64,000 nucleotides of DNA from an uncultured Gemmatimonadales bacterium (GCA_963793305.1 CAWBZV010000002.1:416001-480000), one strand, 5' to 3'; shown: positions 35,654-46,220, numbered from the stretch's first letter. The notes: generated from the letters alone by a model not told the origin. Program-made: numbers and translations.

Positions 35654-35727
35654 TTGATTTTCTGGTGACCGGGCAGTGAGCCGGTCCGATATCCTCTCGT
35701 CCGTACCCCTAACGAGAGGAATTCAAA

Positions 35728-36789
35728 GTGTCGAAGATCTATTTGATGGGATTCGCGCTGCTAGCGTGCGCCTGCAGCGACAGCTCGACCATGACCGCAC
35801 CAAAACCCCAAGTGATCGACGTCTCCTTGTGGGTCGCCAACGGCAACAACGTGCTGGAGTTCGCTCCGGGCATTCTCAAGACCATGGGCATGTCGGGCAG
35901 CGCCCCGACCAAGGCCATCAATAGCGCCGCGTTTGTCGCGCCGCAGGGCGTGGTGTTCGACGCCGCGGGCGACCTGTGGGTGATCGATGGTGGCGCGTCC
36001 GGCGGCGGCGCTCCCGGTCTGTACGAGTTCAAACCCGCCACGCTCAAGGCGGCCAGCGCGACGGCGATGCTGACGCCCGACAATGCCATTCACTATAGCG
36101 GGTTCACGTTCATTCAGCAGGCCGTGTTCGACAAGCAGGGCAACCTGTGGGTGACCGACAACGGCGGCAACATGGTCGATGTCTTCACCAGCGCTCAGGT
36201 GCAGGCCGGTGGCATGAACGTCACGCCGGCCACGCAGATCTCATCGAACCCGGCTTTCACCGGCCCGCTCGGTATCGTCTTCGACGCGTCGGGCAACCTG
36301 TACATCGCGAACAACGCTTCGACCACGATCTTCGAGTACACCGCTGGCATGCTCCCGGCGGTTGGCGCTGGCTCCGTCACACTCGCTCCGGCGTACACGC
36401 TGTCCGACAACGGCCACGGCTCGATCCAGGGCCCATGGGCTTTGATCTTCGACGCCGAAGGCGACCTGTGGTCTTCGAACGCGAACGCGCCGAACACGGT
36501 CGTCGAGTTCGGAGTGTCGAGCCTCGGTCAGACCGGCAGCCCGACGCCGATGACGACGTTGAGCCCCGTGACGGTCGGTGGCGATCCCAGCCTCGATAGC
36601 CCGAACGGTATCGCGTTCGACAACCTCGGTGATCTCGCCGCGATCAATTCGCTCCAGGCATTCGGGATCCCCCTGTACGCCAAGACGCTGTTGTCGGCGG
36701 GTGGCGCGAAGGTTCCCACGCTCTTCACCGCGGGTGCGACTACCACGCTCAGTGCGCCCGCTGGCTGCAACTTCGGCCCGGTGTACTAA
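35728..36789 (+). CDS. NHL-repeat beta-propeller lipoprotein
   Basis: LACAC lipobox; repeated P.G..FD..GNLWV motifs. Confidence 0.82.
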   Translation: MSKIYLMGFALLACACSDSSTMTAPKPQVIDVSLWVANGNNVLEFAPGILKTMGMSGSAPTKAINSAAFVAPQGVVFDAAGDLWVIDGGASGGGAPGLYEFKPATLKAASATAMLTPDNAIHYSGFTFIQQAVFDKQGNLWVTDNGGNMVDVFTSAQVQAGGMNVTPATQISSNPAFTGPLGIVFDASGNLYIANNASTTIFEYTAGMLPAVGAGSVTLAPAYTLSDNGHGSIQGPWALIFDAEGDLWSSNANAPNTVVEFGVSSLGQTGSPTPMTTLSPVTVGGDPSLDSPNGIAFDNLGDLAAINSLQAFGIPLYAKTLLSAGGAKVPTLFTAGATTTLSAPAGCNFGPVY

Positions 36790-36801
36790 CAAACCCGCTC
36801 T

Positions 36802-37164
36802 TCAGTAACGGCGCCGCCCGAGGACCACGATAATGGCGAGGATACCCAGGATCGCTGGTGCTGTGGCCTCGGGCGCGCGACCGAGCGTGATCATGGCGGA
36901 CACGGCGCCGCTCATGATGATCACGAGACCGCCGGCGGCGAGCGGAGTAAGCCCCGGCCGAATGCGCAGCAGCCCTGGCAGGATGAGGCCGATCGCGCCG
37001 GAGACTTCGCACACGCCAATAAATCGAACCAGCGCAACCGGCACCGAGCCCACGAGTGGAGCCAGCGTCGCCGTGGGAGTCAGAAGCTTCATCCCGCCAG
37101 CGAACAAGAAGGCGAGCGCTAACACGCCTTGGATTGTCCACAGGATCACGTTCGTGCGCCGCAT
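36802..37164 (-). CDS. DoxX family membrane protein
   Basis: LWTIQGVLALAFLFAGGMKL, FIGVCEVSGAIGLILP. Confidence 0.85.
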   Translation of the reverse strand: MRRTNVILWTIQGVLALAFLFAGGMKLLTPTATLAPLVGSVPVALVRFIGVCEVSGAIGLILPGLLRIRPGLTPLAAGGLVIIMSGAVSAMITLGRAPEATAPAILGILAIIVVLGRRRY

Positions 37165-37324
37165 TGTCGTCTCCGCGTAAGTGGGATCTACTCACGCGAC
37201 GAGCGACGCTCCTCGGAATCGACATGCCATTCGATACCAATGACCGGCAGAAGTGCGTCCTTCTGTGTCAGGCCATCGCGAGAAGGGGTCTCGACTGCGA
37301 ATCGGCACGCGCATACCGTAGGAA

Positions 37325-37792
37325 ATGCACACAACTACCGCTCCCAATCGCCCATTGCCCGCGATCCTCGTGGGTGGTCTCATCGCCGGCATTTTGGACA
37401 TGAGCTACGCCATGCTGGTCTACAGCCCCAAGGCGCCGCTCCTCGTGCCGCAGGCCATTGCGGCTGGAGCGCTCGGCGTCGGCAAGCAGCTCGGTGGCGC
37501 GACCGGTACCACGATCCTCGGCTTCGTCCTGCACTTCACCATTGCCCTCGGCGCCGCAACGGTTTTCTATCTGGCCAGTCGTCAGTGGGCATTTCTCACG
37601 CAACGACCGCTGATCTCCGGCATGATCTTCGGCGCGTGCGTCTATCTGTTCATGCATTTCGTGGTGATCCCGCTCTCGGCCCTGCCGCCCCGCCCCTTCA
37701 ACTGGTCACGCCAGATTCCGGAATTCATCTGGCACTGGTTCGGCATCGGCTTACCCATCGCATTCTCCGTACGCCGCTACGCGCCGCGCTGA
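37325..37792 (+). CDS. hypothetical membrane protein
   Basis: Four hydrophobic segments; GGLIAGILD, LHFTIA. Confidence 0.75.
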   Translation: MHTTTAPNRPLPAILVGGLIAGILDMSYAMLVYSPKAPLLVPQAIAAGALGVGKQLGGATGTTILGFVLHFTIALGAATVFYLASRQWAFLTQRPLISGMIFGACVYLFMHFVVIPLSALPPRPFNWSRQIPEFIWHWFGIGLPIAFSVRRYAPR

Positions 37793-37823
37793 CCGGCAAT
37801 CTCGTGGCGCACCCACGCGCATG

Positions 37824-38843
37824 TCAGCTCCAGCGCACGGTGATCAGACCATTGAGACCTGGCAGCGGGAGTGACATTGCCTCGGCCTCGGCTGCCTCAC
37901 GCTCAGAGGATGAGACGCGCCGCCACCGCTCGATCGACACATTGCCCCCGGCGCGGCGCCATACTCCGACGATCTCCCCATTCACGAGGAGCACCCCCGG
38001 CCACACGCGCAACGTCCAGAGCGCAGCCCGTCGCCTGGCGTCGGGCACGAGGAGCTCCCGGTCAGCCTCCCACAGGAGATAGTACGTATCGCCGCTCGGC
38101 AGAAGCCGCGCTGCCGCCGCGGGTCCCGGCCGTGCACGAAACTCGGCCTCGTCGTCAGCGAGGATCCACGCATCGCCGATAGGTGCGCGCACACCTATTA
38201 TCTCGTGGCCCAGCGCCTCAAACGCCGAGCGCGCGGCGGCTGGCCGAATTCCGGCCCAGCCATCGAAGGATGCAGCCGTCGCCGGACCAAAGACATGCAG
38301 GTACCGGCGCGCGAGCTCCAGTCGCGCGTGCCTCGGATCCACGTCGATCGCCGGCCCAGTCCAGACGACGGGCTGCCGCGCGCCCTCCCAGCGCAGAAGA
38401 ACCCTGCCCGTCGGTGCCGCGTACCGGAGGCTGTTGTGATGGACGCCCATCCCATGGCCAGCCTGCCCGAACGGCATCCGCCGTCCGTCGAGGAATGCGT
38501 GAAGTTGCTCAGCCGTCTCGTGCGCCCTCGCGCGTCCACGGGCATCCTCCGGCAGCCGCCCGAGCGAGAACACCGCGAGGTCCTGCGCGGCGACGACATA
38601 CGCGCTGAATCGCGGTCCCCACAGCTGCACCAGCGACCGGTGCTCCCACGTGGTCGGCCCCGCGCCCTCAACGCGCGCATGGATGGACAACAGCGCGGCG
38701 CGCGGCATTGAGTCCTGCAGTCCGCACCACGCCGCCCGGCGCAGCGATGCCGCTCCCATCGGCAAGCGCTCGTCGAGCGCACCGACCCGCCGGCGGAACC
38801 CCAGGATTTGCGCTCGGGAGAGCTTGAGCCGAGAATATGTCAT
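37824..38843 (-). CDS. winged-helix HTH_42 protein (AlkZ/YcaQ-like DNA crosslink glycosylase family)
   Basis: LSRAQILGFR, GLQDS, ELARRYLHVFGPAT, RLLPSGD, LLVNGEIVGVW. Confidence 0.8.
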   Translation of the reverse strand: MTYSRLKLSRAQILGFRRRVGALDERLPMGAASLRRAAWCGLQDSMPRAALLSIHARVEGAGPTTWEHRSLVQLWGPRFSAYVVAAQDLAVFSLGRLPEDARGRARAHETAEQLHAFLDGRRMPFGQAGHGMGVHHNSLRYAAPTGRVLLRWEGARQPVVWTGPAIDVDPRHARLELARRYLHVFGPATAASFDGWAGIRPAAARSAFEALGHEIIGVRAPIGDAWILADDEAEFRARPGPAAAARLLPSGDTYYLLWEADRELLVPDARRRAALWTLRVWPGVLLVNGEIVGVWRRAGGNVSIERWRRVSSSEREAAEAEAMSLPLPGLNGLITVRWS

Positions 38844-38874
38844 GCAGAGCCTTTAGCGTGAGGAGGAAAGCACC

Positions 38875-39333
38875 ATGAAACCTGCCAAGAAGGCTGCGCA
38901 GAAGAAGTCCAAGGGATTCACGGACGAGGAACGGGCCGCTATGAAGGAGTACGTCCGAGAGCGGAATGCGGACGCGCGCCGCGGGCGACCGGCGGACAAG
39001 GCGGATGGGGAAAGCGCCGTGCTCGCCGCGATCGCCGCCCTACCGCCGTCGGATCGCGCTATGGGAGAGCGGCTCCATGCGATCATCAAAGGCAGTGCGC
39101 CAGAGCTCTCGCCGAAGACCTGGTACGGGATGCCCGCCTATGCGAACGATGGCAATGTCATCTGCTTCTTCCAAAGTGCGCAGAAGTTCAAGACGCGCTA
39201 CGCGACGCTCGGGTTCAGCGACAAGGCGCATCTCGATGAGGGCCATATGTGGCCGACCGCGTTCGCTCTCAAGCAGCTGACCCCCGCCGAAGAGGCAAAA
39301 ATCGTCGCGCTCGTGAGGAAGGCGGTGAGCTGA
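38875..39333 (+). CDS. DUF1801 (YdhG-like) protein
   Basis: [42 protein letters not shown]. Confidence 0.88.
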   Translation: MKPAKKAAQKKSKGFTDEERAAMKEYVRERNADARRGRPADKADGESAVLAAIAALPPSDRAMGERLHAIIKGSAPELSPKTWYGMPAYANDGNVICFFQSAQKFKTRYATLGFSDKAHLDEGHMWPTAFALKQLTPAEEAKIVALVRKAVS

Positions 39334-39337
39334 GCCT

Positions 39338-40180
39338 TTACGCGGTGCTGTCGAACGTGACAACCTGCTGCACGGAGTCGAGTCCCGGCCGCTGGGTCGT
39401 GCCGGGAATGGGCGCGACCGCGGTCCCGACCGCGAAGAACTCGATGGCATTCGCGCCCCAGCCCCAGTTGGACTCTTCCACCCGCGCGCCCACGACGCCG
39501 ACCCCGCCGCGTTGCACCGCTTCGGCCTGCATCCGTTCCAGCGCCAGCTCGCGCGCGGCGTACGTCGCCTCGGTGTAGATGGTCATCTCCTTGTTGCGCC
39601 CGATCTGCCTCAGCGCCTGCATGAAGCTCAGGTGCGCAATGTGATAGACGCACGCGCCCATCGAAAGGCTCACCGGACGATACCCGGCACGAATGAGCTT
39701 CCAGAGGTCCTGGCCGCTCAGGTCGGAGGTGAAGGGCCGATTGTCTTTCGTGCGCAGGCTCCCTTGGCGTTCGCGATGCCGGATGGCCGTGCCAATGGCC
39801 TGAAACTCGAGCACGCCTTCCTCCATCGCGTACTCCTTGAATACCAGGCGAACGCCGACCACGCCGTCGGCGCCGAGTAAGTCCGCCTCTTCCTCCATGC
39901 GGGTCATGGCGAGCTCGCGCGCCTCGTACATGGCCCCCGTGAGGATCGGCAGCTCCTGGCTCACGCTCCATTTCTGCCATTGGAAGCCGACGTGATAAAT
40001 GGACGATCCCAGGACGAGACCGAGCGCCTCGAACCCGGCCTGCTCGACGAGCAGAAACTCATCGACCGAGAGATCGCTCGTGAAGAACGCGGGTCGATCT
40101 CCCGTGCCGCGCATTGCGCGAAGTCGCTCGGCCGCCCCTTTGGGCAGATTAGCGGTGGAACCGGCCACATAGTCGGGCAT
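39338..40180 (-). CDS. duplicated YbjQ-like (heavy-metal-binding) domain protein
   Basis: Two repeats of FTSDLS ... ARELA..RM..EA...G..GVVG ... F.A.GTA. Confidence 0.85.
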   Translation of the reverse strand: MPDYVAGSTANLPKGAAERLRAMRGTGDRPAFFTSDLSVDEFLLVEQAGFEALGLVLGSSIYHVGFQWQKWSVSQELPILTGAMYEARELAMTRMEEEADLLGADGVVGVRLVFKEYAMEEGVLEFQAIGTAIRHRERQGSLRTKDNRPFTSDLSGQDLWKLIRAGYRPVSLSMGACVYHIAHLSFMQALRQIGRNKEMTIYTEATYAARELALERMQAEAVQRGGVGVVGARVEESNWGWGANAIEFFAVGTAVAPIPGTTQRPGLDSVQQVVTFDSTA

Positions 40181-40192
40181 GTGTCCTCCTCG

Positions 40193-40585
40193 TTATGAGT
40201 TCCTGCCATCCAGCCACCTGCGGAGCGCGTCGCGGCCCTGCTCTGTGCGCTCGAGCTCGGCATCGAGCGCCAGCCCAAGCTCCGCGAGAAAGGCCTCGAT
40301 CTCCATCGGATCATTTCGGATCGCTACACCGCGGACCTGCTGGCGACGGTTGGCCTCGAACGCTCCGCCCGCTCCACGCCTCAGGACGTAGACGTAGCCA
40401 CCGACCGGTAAGTGGATGGCCATGACGCGCCGCCCCAACAAGGTACGCTCGACTCGTGTGCCGGGCACGACCTCGGCGAGCATCAAAACGAGATCATCCA
40501 GGAGCGCGGCGCGATCCTCACGACCCCGCTGCATGAGGATCGCGGCGAGGCTGGCAGACTCGAATGATGGGGTGTCGTCGGCCAT
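40193..40585 (-). CDS. hypothetical protein, co-oriented with the YbjQ-like gene
   Basis: ORF ends just before the GAGGAGG RBS of the next gene. Confidence 0.65.
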   Translation of the reverse strand: MADDTPSFESASLAAILMQRGREDRAALLDDLVLMLAEVVPGTRVERTLLGRRVMAIHLPVGGYVYVLRRGAGGAFEANRRQQVRGVAIRNDPMEIEAFLAELGLALDAELERTEQGRDALRRWLDGRNS

Positions 40586-40671
40586 CGCCGAATAATACTG
40601 AGCGGTGGAGCGACCGGTAAGACAGCAAGCTTGGCCACGCGGGGTCGGTCAACTCGTGACATATTCGCGTC

Positions 40672-41490
40672 ATGCGAACGGCAACCCCGGAGAGCTACAA
40701 TGCGCGCATCGAGCGCGTGCTGTGCTTCATTGCCGATCACGTAAACGAGCCGCTGTCGCTCGAGCAATTGGCATCGGCTGCCTCGCTCTCGCCTTACCAT
40801 TTTCATCGCATCTGGCGGGCCATGATGGGCGAGCCGATCATCGAGACCGTGCGAAGACTGAAGATGGAACTGGCGGCCCACCGCCTCGCGACCACCGAGG
40901 CGCCCGTGACGCAGATCGCGTTGGCCAGCGGCTTCTCATCATCGCAAACCTTCGCCAGGGCATTTCGGAAGCAGTACGGAAAGACGCCGAGCGATGCGCG
41001 CGCTGATGGAGCCGGGCACCCGCGGCCGCTCCAATCCCGATCTGCGGCGTCTATCGAGATCGTGTCCCTCGAGCCGTTCGCCATCGTCGCCACGCGCCAC
41101 GTCGGCCCGTACGATACTCGGGATCTCAAGAAAGCGTTTCGCGTCGTGTTCGACTGGGCGGTTGCCAGGGACCTCCTGTCCCACGTGCGCGGGATCTACG
41201 GTGTGCCGCTCGATGACGAGCGATACGATGCGGGATTCGACTTTGGCCCGTGCACCAGTGTACCAGATCACTTGCGCATCGTCCGACTTGGCGGCTCCGA
41301 GGCCGCAAGGCTTCGCGTCCATGGATCATACGACGGACTGGACGCCGCGTATGACACGCTGTACGGGGTATGGCTGCCACAGTCCGGGCGCGAGCCAGGC
41401 GCCGGACCCCTATTCAATCACTATCACAATGATCCGGACACTACGCCCGAACCCGATCTCGTAACCGACGTATTCCTCCCCGTGGTATGA
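40672..41490 (+). CDS. AraC family regulator with GyrI-like effector domain
   Basis: LSLEQLASAASLSPYHFHRIW, GFSSSQTFARAF; RHVGPY, HGSYDGL, WLPQSG. Confidence 0.92.
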   Translation: MRTATPESYNARIERVLCFIADHVNEPLSLEQLASAASLSPYHFHRIWRAMMGEPIIETVRRLKMELAAHRLATTEAPVTQIALASGFSSSQTFARAFRKQYGKTPSDARADGAGHPRPLQSRSAASIEIVSLEPFAIVATRHVGPYDTRDLKKAFRVVFDWAVARDLLSHVRGIYGVPLDDERYDAGFDFGPCTSVPDHLRIVRLGGSEAARLRVHGSYDGLDAAYDTLYGVWLPQSGREPGAGPLFNHYHNDPDTTPEPDLVTDVFLPVV

Positions 41491-41499
41491 TATTCGTAC

Positions 41500-42555
41500 G
41501 TGCGTTTCGCCCCTCTCAGTGCTCTGGCCCTGTCCGCGTGGCCCCTCGGGGCACAGGTCCTTCCGATTATCCCACCGCTGGCGACGCTCCCATCCGCGCG
41601 AGTGTCGGTCGATGCGGACCGCGGGGTCTTGCTGATCGAGCTGCCTCCGACTGACCTCCCCGCGTCGACTCCGCGCGACGAGTCGATGGTCAGTCTGCCC
41701 GCGTATCAGGTGCGCATCCCGCTCGATCTGGCCCTCGCTAGTGTGAAGGTCGATGTCCTCGATAGCGCAGGGCATGAGTTGCCGAGGACATTCTTGCATC
41801 ACCTCACGCTGACCGATCCCGGTCGGCGCGAGTTATTCCTGTCCACGCAGCTGCATATTCTGGCCGTCAGCAAGGAGACGCCGACCATCGCGATGCCGAC
41901 GTTCCTGCTCGGTATGCCCCTTCCGCGTGGGGAACGACTGCTGACGATCGGCATGCTGACCAACCCCACGCGCGCGGTGCATCACGGCGTGCGCATTCGG
42001 GCGACGCTCGGGTACCGGCGCCTCGGATTCTTTCCTCTCTTCCAAGCCTTTCCATGGGGCATGGACGCGATGTTCCCGCTCGGCCATCCCCCCGACGGAA
42101 CCAAAGGCTTCGATCTCGCGCCGGGGCGCACGGTCCGTTACTGGGACTCGAGCCCCGCGGTGCCCGGCTATCTCATCGGCATCGGCGGGCACATGCACGA
42201 CTATGGAGTCAGCCTCGAGTTGGCTGACATGACGACAGGGCAGGTGCTGTGGCACGGTACACCGGTGCGAGATTCCGCCGGACACGTGCTGTCGATGCCG
42301 ACGACGTGGTTTCACAGCTGGCACAGTGTCGGCATACACATCGAGCCCACTCATCGCTATAGAATCTCCGCCGCCTATGAGAATCCCACCGGCCATCTGT
42401 TACCGGACGGAGGGATGGGTGCGGTCGGCGGGCTCTTTGTTCCGGATCGCGGTACCCACTGGCCGGCGGTCGACAGCACGAACGCCGTCTATCGGCAGGA
42501 TCTCTACGACGTCGTCGTGTCGGTTGGGTCGGGCCAAGCGATGACCATGCCGTAG
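41500..42555 (+). CDS. secreted protein with copper type II monooxygenase-like His motifs
   Basis: Signal peptide; FLHHL, GGHMHDYG, GGMG. Confidence 0.55.
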   Translation: MRFAPLSALALSAWPLGAQVLPIIPPLATLPSARVSVDADRGVLLIELPPTDLPASTPRDESMVSLPAYQVRIPLDLALASVKVDVLDSAGHELPRTFLHHLTLTDPGRRELFLSTQLHILAVSKETPTIAMPTFLLGMPLPRGERLLTIGMLTNPTRAVHHGVRIRATLGYRRLGFFPLFQAFPWGMDAMFPLGHPPDGTKGFDLAPGRTVRYWDSSPAVPGYLIGIGGHMHDYGVSLELADMTTGQVLWHGTPVRDSAGHVLSMPTTWFHSWHSVGIHIEPTHRYRISAAYENPTGHLLPDGGMGAVGGLFVPDRGTHWPAVDSTNAVYRQDLYDVVVSVGSGQAMTMP

Positions 42556-42573
42556 CAGCAGGATCGCCCGACG

Positions 42574-43968
42574 GTGACCAGCAAACAACTCCTGCCGTGG
42601 TTGATCGCCGTCGCGTTCTTCATGGAGTCGCTGGACACCACGATCCTCAATACGGGTGTGCCGACGATCGCCGCGGCACTCCACGTCGCTCCACTCAGCA
42701 TGAAGTCGGTGCTGGCGAGTTACACGCTGAGCCTCGCGGTCTTCATCCCCATCAGCGGCTGGATGGCGGATCGATTCGGCACGCGGAGAGTGTTCGCGTC
42801 GGCGATCGCCATTTTCACGCTCGGCTCGTTGCTGTGCGGGCTGTCCACGAACATTCATATCCTCGTCGCGTGCCGAATCCTGCAGGGGGGCGGCGGGGCC
42901 ATGATGGTTCCGGTCGGCCGGCTCACGATCGTCCGGACGTTCGCGAAGTCAGAGCTCGTGACCGCCATGAGCTTCGTCGCGATCCCGGGGTTGGTAGGCC
43001 CCATGCTCGGACCCGTGATCGGTGGTTTGATCGTCACGTACTTTCACTGGCGACTCCTGTTCTTCGTGAACATCCCGATCGGCATCGTCGGGCTCTTCAT
43101 GGCGTATCGGCATCTGCCCGACTACCGCGAGCACACCGATCCGCTCGATGTCACGGGACTGCTCCTGTTTGGATCGGGCGTCTCGCTCCTGTCGTATGTC
43201 CTCGAAGTATTTGGTGAGCACCGGCTGAGCCCCACGACGATTCTCGTCGAGCTGGCGACGTCCATCGTGTTGCTCGGCGCCTACGGCGTGCACGCGATGC
43301 GCTCGCCGCATCCCGTACTGCGCCTGGCGCTGTTTCGCATCCGCACGTTCCGCGCGTCGGTCCTCGGCAGCTTCTTCACGCGGCTCGGCATCGGCGGGAT
43401 CCCGTTCTTGTTTCCGCTGCTGTACCAGGTCGGCCTTGGGTTTACGCCGGTACAGTCCGGGCTCCTCGTGATGCCGCAAGCATTAGCGGCGCTCAGTTTC
43501 AAAGTGACCATGCCGCGCATCTTGAGGACCTTTGGATATCGAGGCGTGCTCATCTCGAATACGTTGCTCATTGGCTTCCAGATCATGCTGTTTGCCACGA
43601 TCGGCCGCGGCACGCCGGTGTGGCTCATCGTGGCCGAGGTCTTCTGCTACGGGTTCTTCACGTCGCTCCAATACACGAGCATGGGTACGCTCGCCTTCGC
43701 CGACGTCGACGAGCACGACGCGTCGAGCGCGAGCTCGATCGCCAGCACGGTACAGCAGATGGCGGTCAGCTTCGGCGTCGCGTGCGCGTCGCTCGTCACG
43801 GCGTTCTTCATTCCCGATCCGCACGGCTCGAACCCCATGCAGTTCATTCAAGGCGTGCACCGCGGCTTTCTCGTCCTCGGCGCGATGACGCTCGTGTCGA
43901 CGCTCGTCTTCGCCCAACTCAAACGCGGCGATGGCGATGCGGTGAGCGGATCGGTGCACGTCAGCTGA
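42574..43968 (+). CDS. DHA2 family MFS efflux transporter
   Basis: FMESLDTTILN, SGWMADRFGTRR, GPMLGPVIGG, FFVNIPIG. Confidence 0.93.
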   Translation: MTSKQLLPWLIAVAFFMESLDTTILNTGVPTIAAALHVAPLSMKSVLASYTLSLAVFIPISGWMADRFGTRRVFASAIAIFTLGSLLCGLSTNIHILVACRILQGGGGAMMVPVGRLTIVRTFAKSELVTAMSFVAIPGLVGPMLGPVIGGLIVTYFHWRLLFFVNIPIGIVGLFMAYRHLPDYREHTDPLDVTGLLLFGSGVSLLSYVLEVFGEHRLSPTTILVELATSIVLLGAYGVHAMRSPHPVLRLALFRIRTFRASVLGSFFTRLGIGGIPFLFPLLYQVGLGFTPVQSGLLVMPQALAALSFKVTMPRILRTFGYRGVLISNTLLIGFQIMLFATIGRGTPVWLIVAEVFCYGFFTSLQYTSMGTLAFADVDEHDASSASSIASTVQQMAVSFGVACASLVTAFFIPDPHGSNPMQFIQGVHRGFLVLGAMTLVSTLVFAQLKRGDGDAVSGSVHVS

Positions 43969-44028
43969 GCGCGCGCTCGATCAGCCGCAACGTGGTGCAT
44001 CTCGTCTCACGTCGTTACTGTAGACCAC

Positions 44029-44496
44029 ATGACTTACCCTGCTCGCGCGTGCGCTGTTCTCCTGCTCCTCACCGCCTGCTCGTCGGCCACCAGCCCGAGC
44101 GCGGGTTTGCCGGGCCCACAAGGCACATTGTTGACCACAGTCGTCCACGGAACGCCGTGGCGCGTAGGCGACACGACCAAAGTGGACCTCGTCATCACGG
44201 ACACGTCCTCGACTACCGCCGTCTTCGAGCTCCTCGAGCCGGTTCCGACGTTGGAGATCTTCGACGCGAGCGGCGATAGCATTCCGGTCACGTACCTGGG
44301 CCCGCCCAATTTCCTCAGTCTCTCGGTCGGCTCCGGCGCGACGGTCGTGACATCGGCAATCCTGGGCGTCGGCGGCACGCCGGGCGGGACGACGATCACC
44401 GCCAATCTGACGCCGGGCACCTACACGGTCGCCGCATGCCTCGTCGGCGGTCCCGGTGACTGCGGCCAGCCGGTGTCGGTCACCGTGGTTCAGTGA
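44029..44496 (+). CDS. hypothetical lipoprotein (Ig-like)
   Basis: LTAC lipobox; beta-rich. Confidence 0.65.
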   Translation: MTYPARACAVLLLLTACSSATSPSAGLPGPQGTLLTTVVHGTPWRVGDTTKVDLVITDTSSTTAVFELLEPVPTLEIFDASGDSIPVTYLGPPNFLSLSVGSGATVVTSAILGVGGTPGGTTITANLTPGTYTVAACLVGGPGDCGQPVSVTVVQ

Positions 44497-44502
44497 CCGA
44501 TT

Positions 44503-45192
44503 CTACCGATTGGTCTTCGCAATCCAGGCCTTGAGGGGGTCGATCCACTCGGGCCGCGGTTCGAAAAAGGCGCCATGCGCTTTGCCGGTTGATATCGCCA
44601 CCTCTTTGAAGGATCTCAAGTGACTTCGCTCGGCGAGTTTTGAACAGGATCCGAGGGCGTCCGAGGTCTCATAGATAGACAGAAAATTGCCGCCGAAGAC
44701 TATGGCCGGACCCGAGTCCACGGCGAAGTCGCCATCGGTGCAAATCGCGAGTATCGCGGTATTGATCCCCTCTGCCGCAAGGTGACCGGAGGCAAGCGCC
44801 GTAATTTGCCCGCCGCGAGAAAAGCCGACGAGCGTCACTCGGCTCGGCTTGACACCGGCTTCCAGCAGTCGATGCACCCACGATTCCAACTGATCGACAT
44901 GATTCTCGAACTCGACGCCCTTCTTGCGCTGAACGGCAATGAGGTTGAACCCACCGTCCTTGAAGAGGGAATCTTTGATCCGCGGGAAATCATACACGCC
45001 ATATTTCGGCGATACGGGTTTCGGATCCTCGCCCTCCGCTATGAGACCATGAGAGAAGATGACGTATCGCTCATTGGCATGGATCTGAGACGGAAATTGC
45101 TCGTAGATCTGAACCGGCTGGCTCTTCGCGACGCCGCTCAGAGTCAGGTTGGAGCATATGGCTAGCGCTCCCAGTATGATGCGCGACTTCAT
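44503..45192 (-). CDS. secreted alpha/beta hydrolase
   Basis: Signal peptide; FSHG, VGFSRGG nucleophile motif, AHGAF. Confidence 0.8.
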   Translation of the reverse strand: MKSRIILGALAICSNLTLSGVAKSQPVQIYEQFPSQIHANERYVIFSHGLIAEGEDPKPVSPKYGVYDFPRIKDSLFKDGGFNLIAVQRKKGVEFENHVDQLESWVHRLLEAGVKPSRVTLVGFSRGGQITALASGHLAAEGINTAILAICTDGDFAVDSGPAIVFGGNFLSIYETSDALGSCSKLAERSHLRSFKEVAISTGKAHGAFFEPRPEWIDPLKAWIAKTNR

Positions 45193-46220
45193 GCGCCGGG
45201 TTGGAACAAGGTCTGCGCCTGCGTCTCCGCGTCAATGCCGCCGCCGTTCGGGGCGTTCAACCCGAAGAAGGTCACGAGACAATCTCCCGCTTGAACAGGG
45301 ATGTTCACCTTCTGAAAGACGGTTTGCGTCACCGCCATCTGCCCCACGCCACTGATCGGAGCGCTGAAAAGAAGTTGGGCAGTTGCGGGAATGTCGGTAG
45401 CATACTGACCGCCCGAATCGGTGCGGCCTGAGGAATCGACCGGAATCGCACTAGGACAGCCGCCCGGCACGAGATAGATGTCGTTGACCACCTGCCACGG
45501 ACCTGGCGGAGCGGGAACGCCGAAGGGGCTATCACTGATATCACCGACAAAGGCCAGGATCGTTCCCGCTTGTGGGATCGTGTTCTCCTGCACGAATTGC
45601 AGCGAATCGTTCGTGGTGCTACCGGCGCCTACGTTTGCGCCCCAGACAGACTCCTGACCGGTCGCCAGCAGCTCCGCGGTCGACGGCGACGAGACTGTGG
45701 CGTACAGCATCGTGAGTGCGCTGCTCATGGTCACGGGAGACCCGCCCTCCCAGTCCAGCAGGACCACCATGCAGTTGAAGACCGGTAGCCCCGCCGGCAG
45801 CTGGAAATTCACCGTCACATTCGTCGAGCCCTGGTTCGGGTCCTTCAGAATGAACCCCTGAACTGGCTGAAGATTGGGGAGGGTATCATCGAGCGCCGTA
45901 TAGCTGGGATATACTCCACCGCTCTGCGGACACGCGCCGGGCATCGTGGCGACGGTGATCAGCGCTTCATTGAAGGCCGCCGTGGGCGAGGACATGGAAA
46001 GCGTCCCCTTCAACCCCAATAGACTTTGCTGACCGGCCGGCAACGGAAAGGCGTACAGGAAGATCTGTTCGGGTTGCGCCGCCTGCTGCGCATTCATCGT
46101 CACCGAAGCGTTCAAGCTCAACGTGTTCGTACCGTTGGGTGTCGTCGTACCATTTCCGCCAGCACACGCGCACGTGAGCGCTGCCAGCACCATCGCAATA
46201 ATATCGTTCTGTAATCTCAT
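45189..46220 (-). CDS. hypothetical lipoprotein with internal two-fold repeat
   Basis: LTCAC lipobox; MPGACP / VPGGCP repeated halves. Confidence 0.6.
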   Translation of the reverse strand: MRLQNDIIAMVLAALTCACAGGNGTTTPNGTNTLSLNASVTMNAQQAAQPEQIFLYAFPLPAGQQSLLGLKGTLSMSSPTAAFNEALITVATMPGACPQSGGVYPSYTALDDTLPNLQPVQGFILKDPNQGSTNVTVNFQLPAGLPVFNCMVVLLDWEGGSPVTMSSALTMLYATVSSPSTAELLATGQESVWGANVGAGSTTNDSLQFVQENTIPQAGTILAFVGDISDSPFGVPAPPGPWQVVNDIYLVPGGCPSAIPVDSSGRTDSGGQYATDIPATAQLLFSAPISGVGQMAVTQTVFQKVNIPVQAGDCLVTFFGLNAPNGGGIDAETQAQTLFQPGA

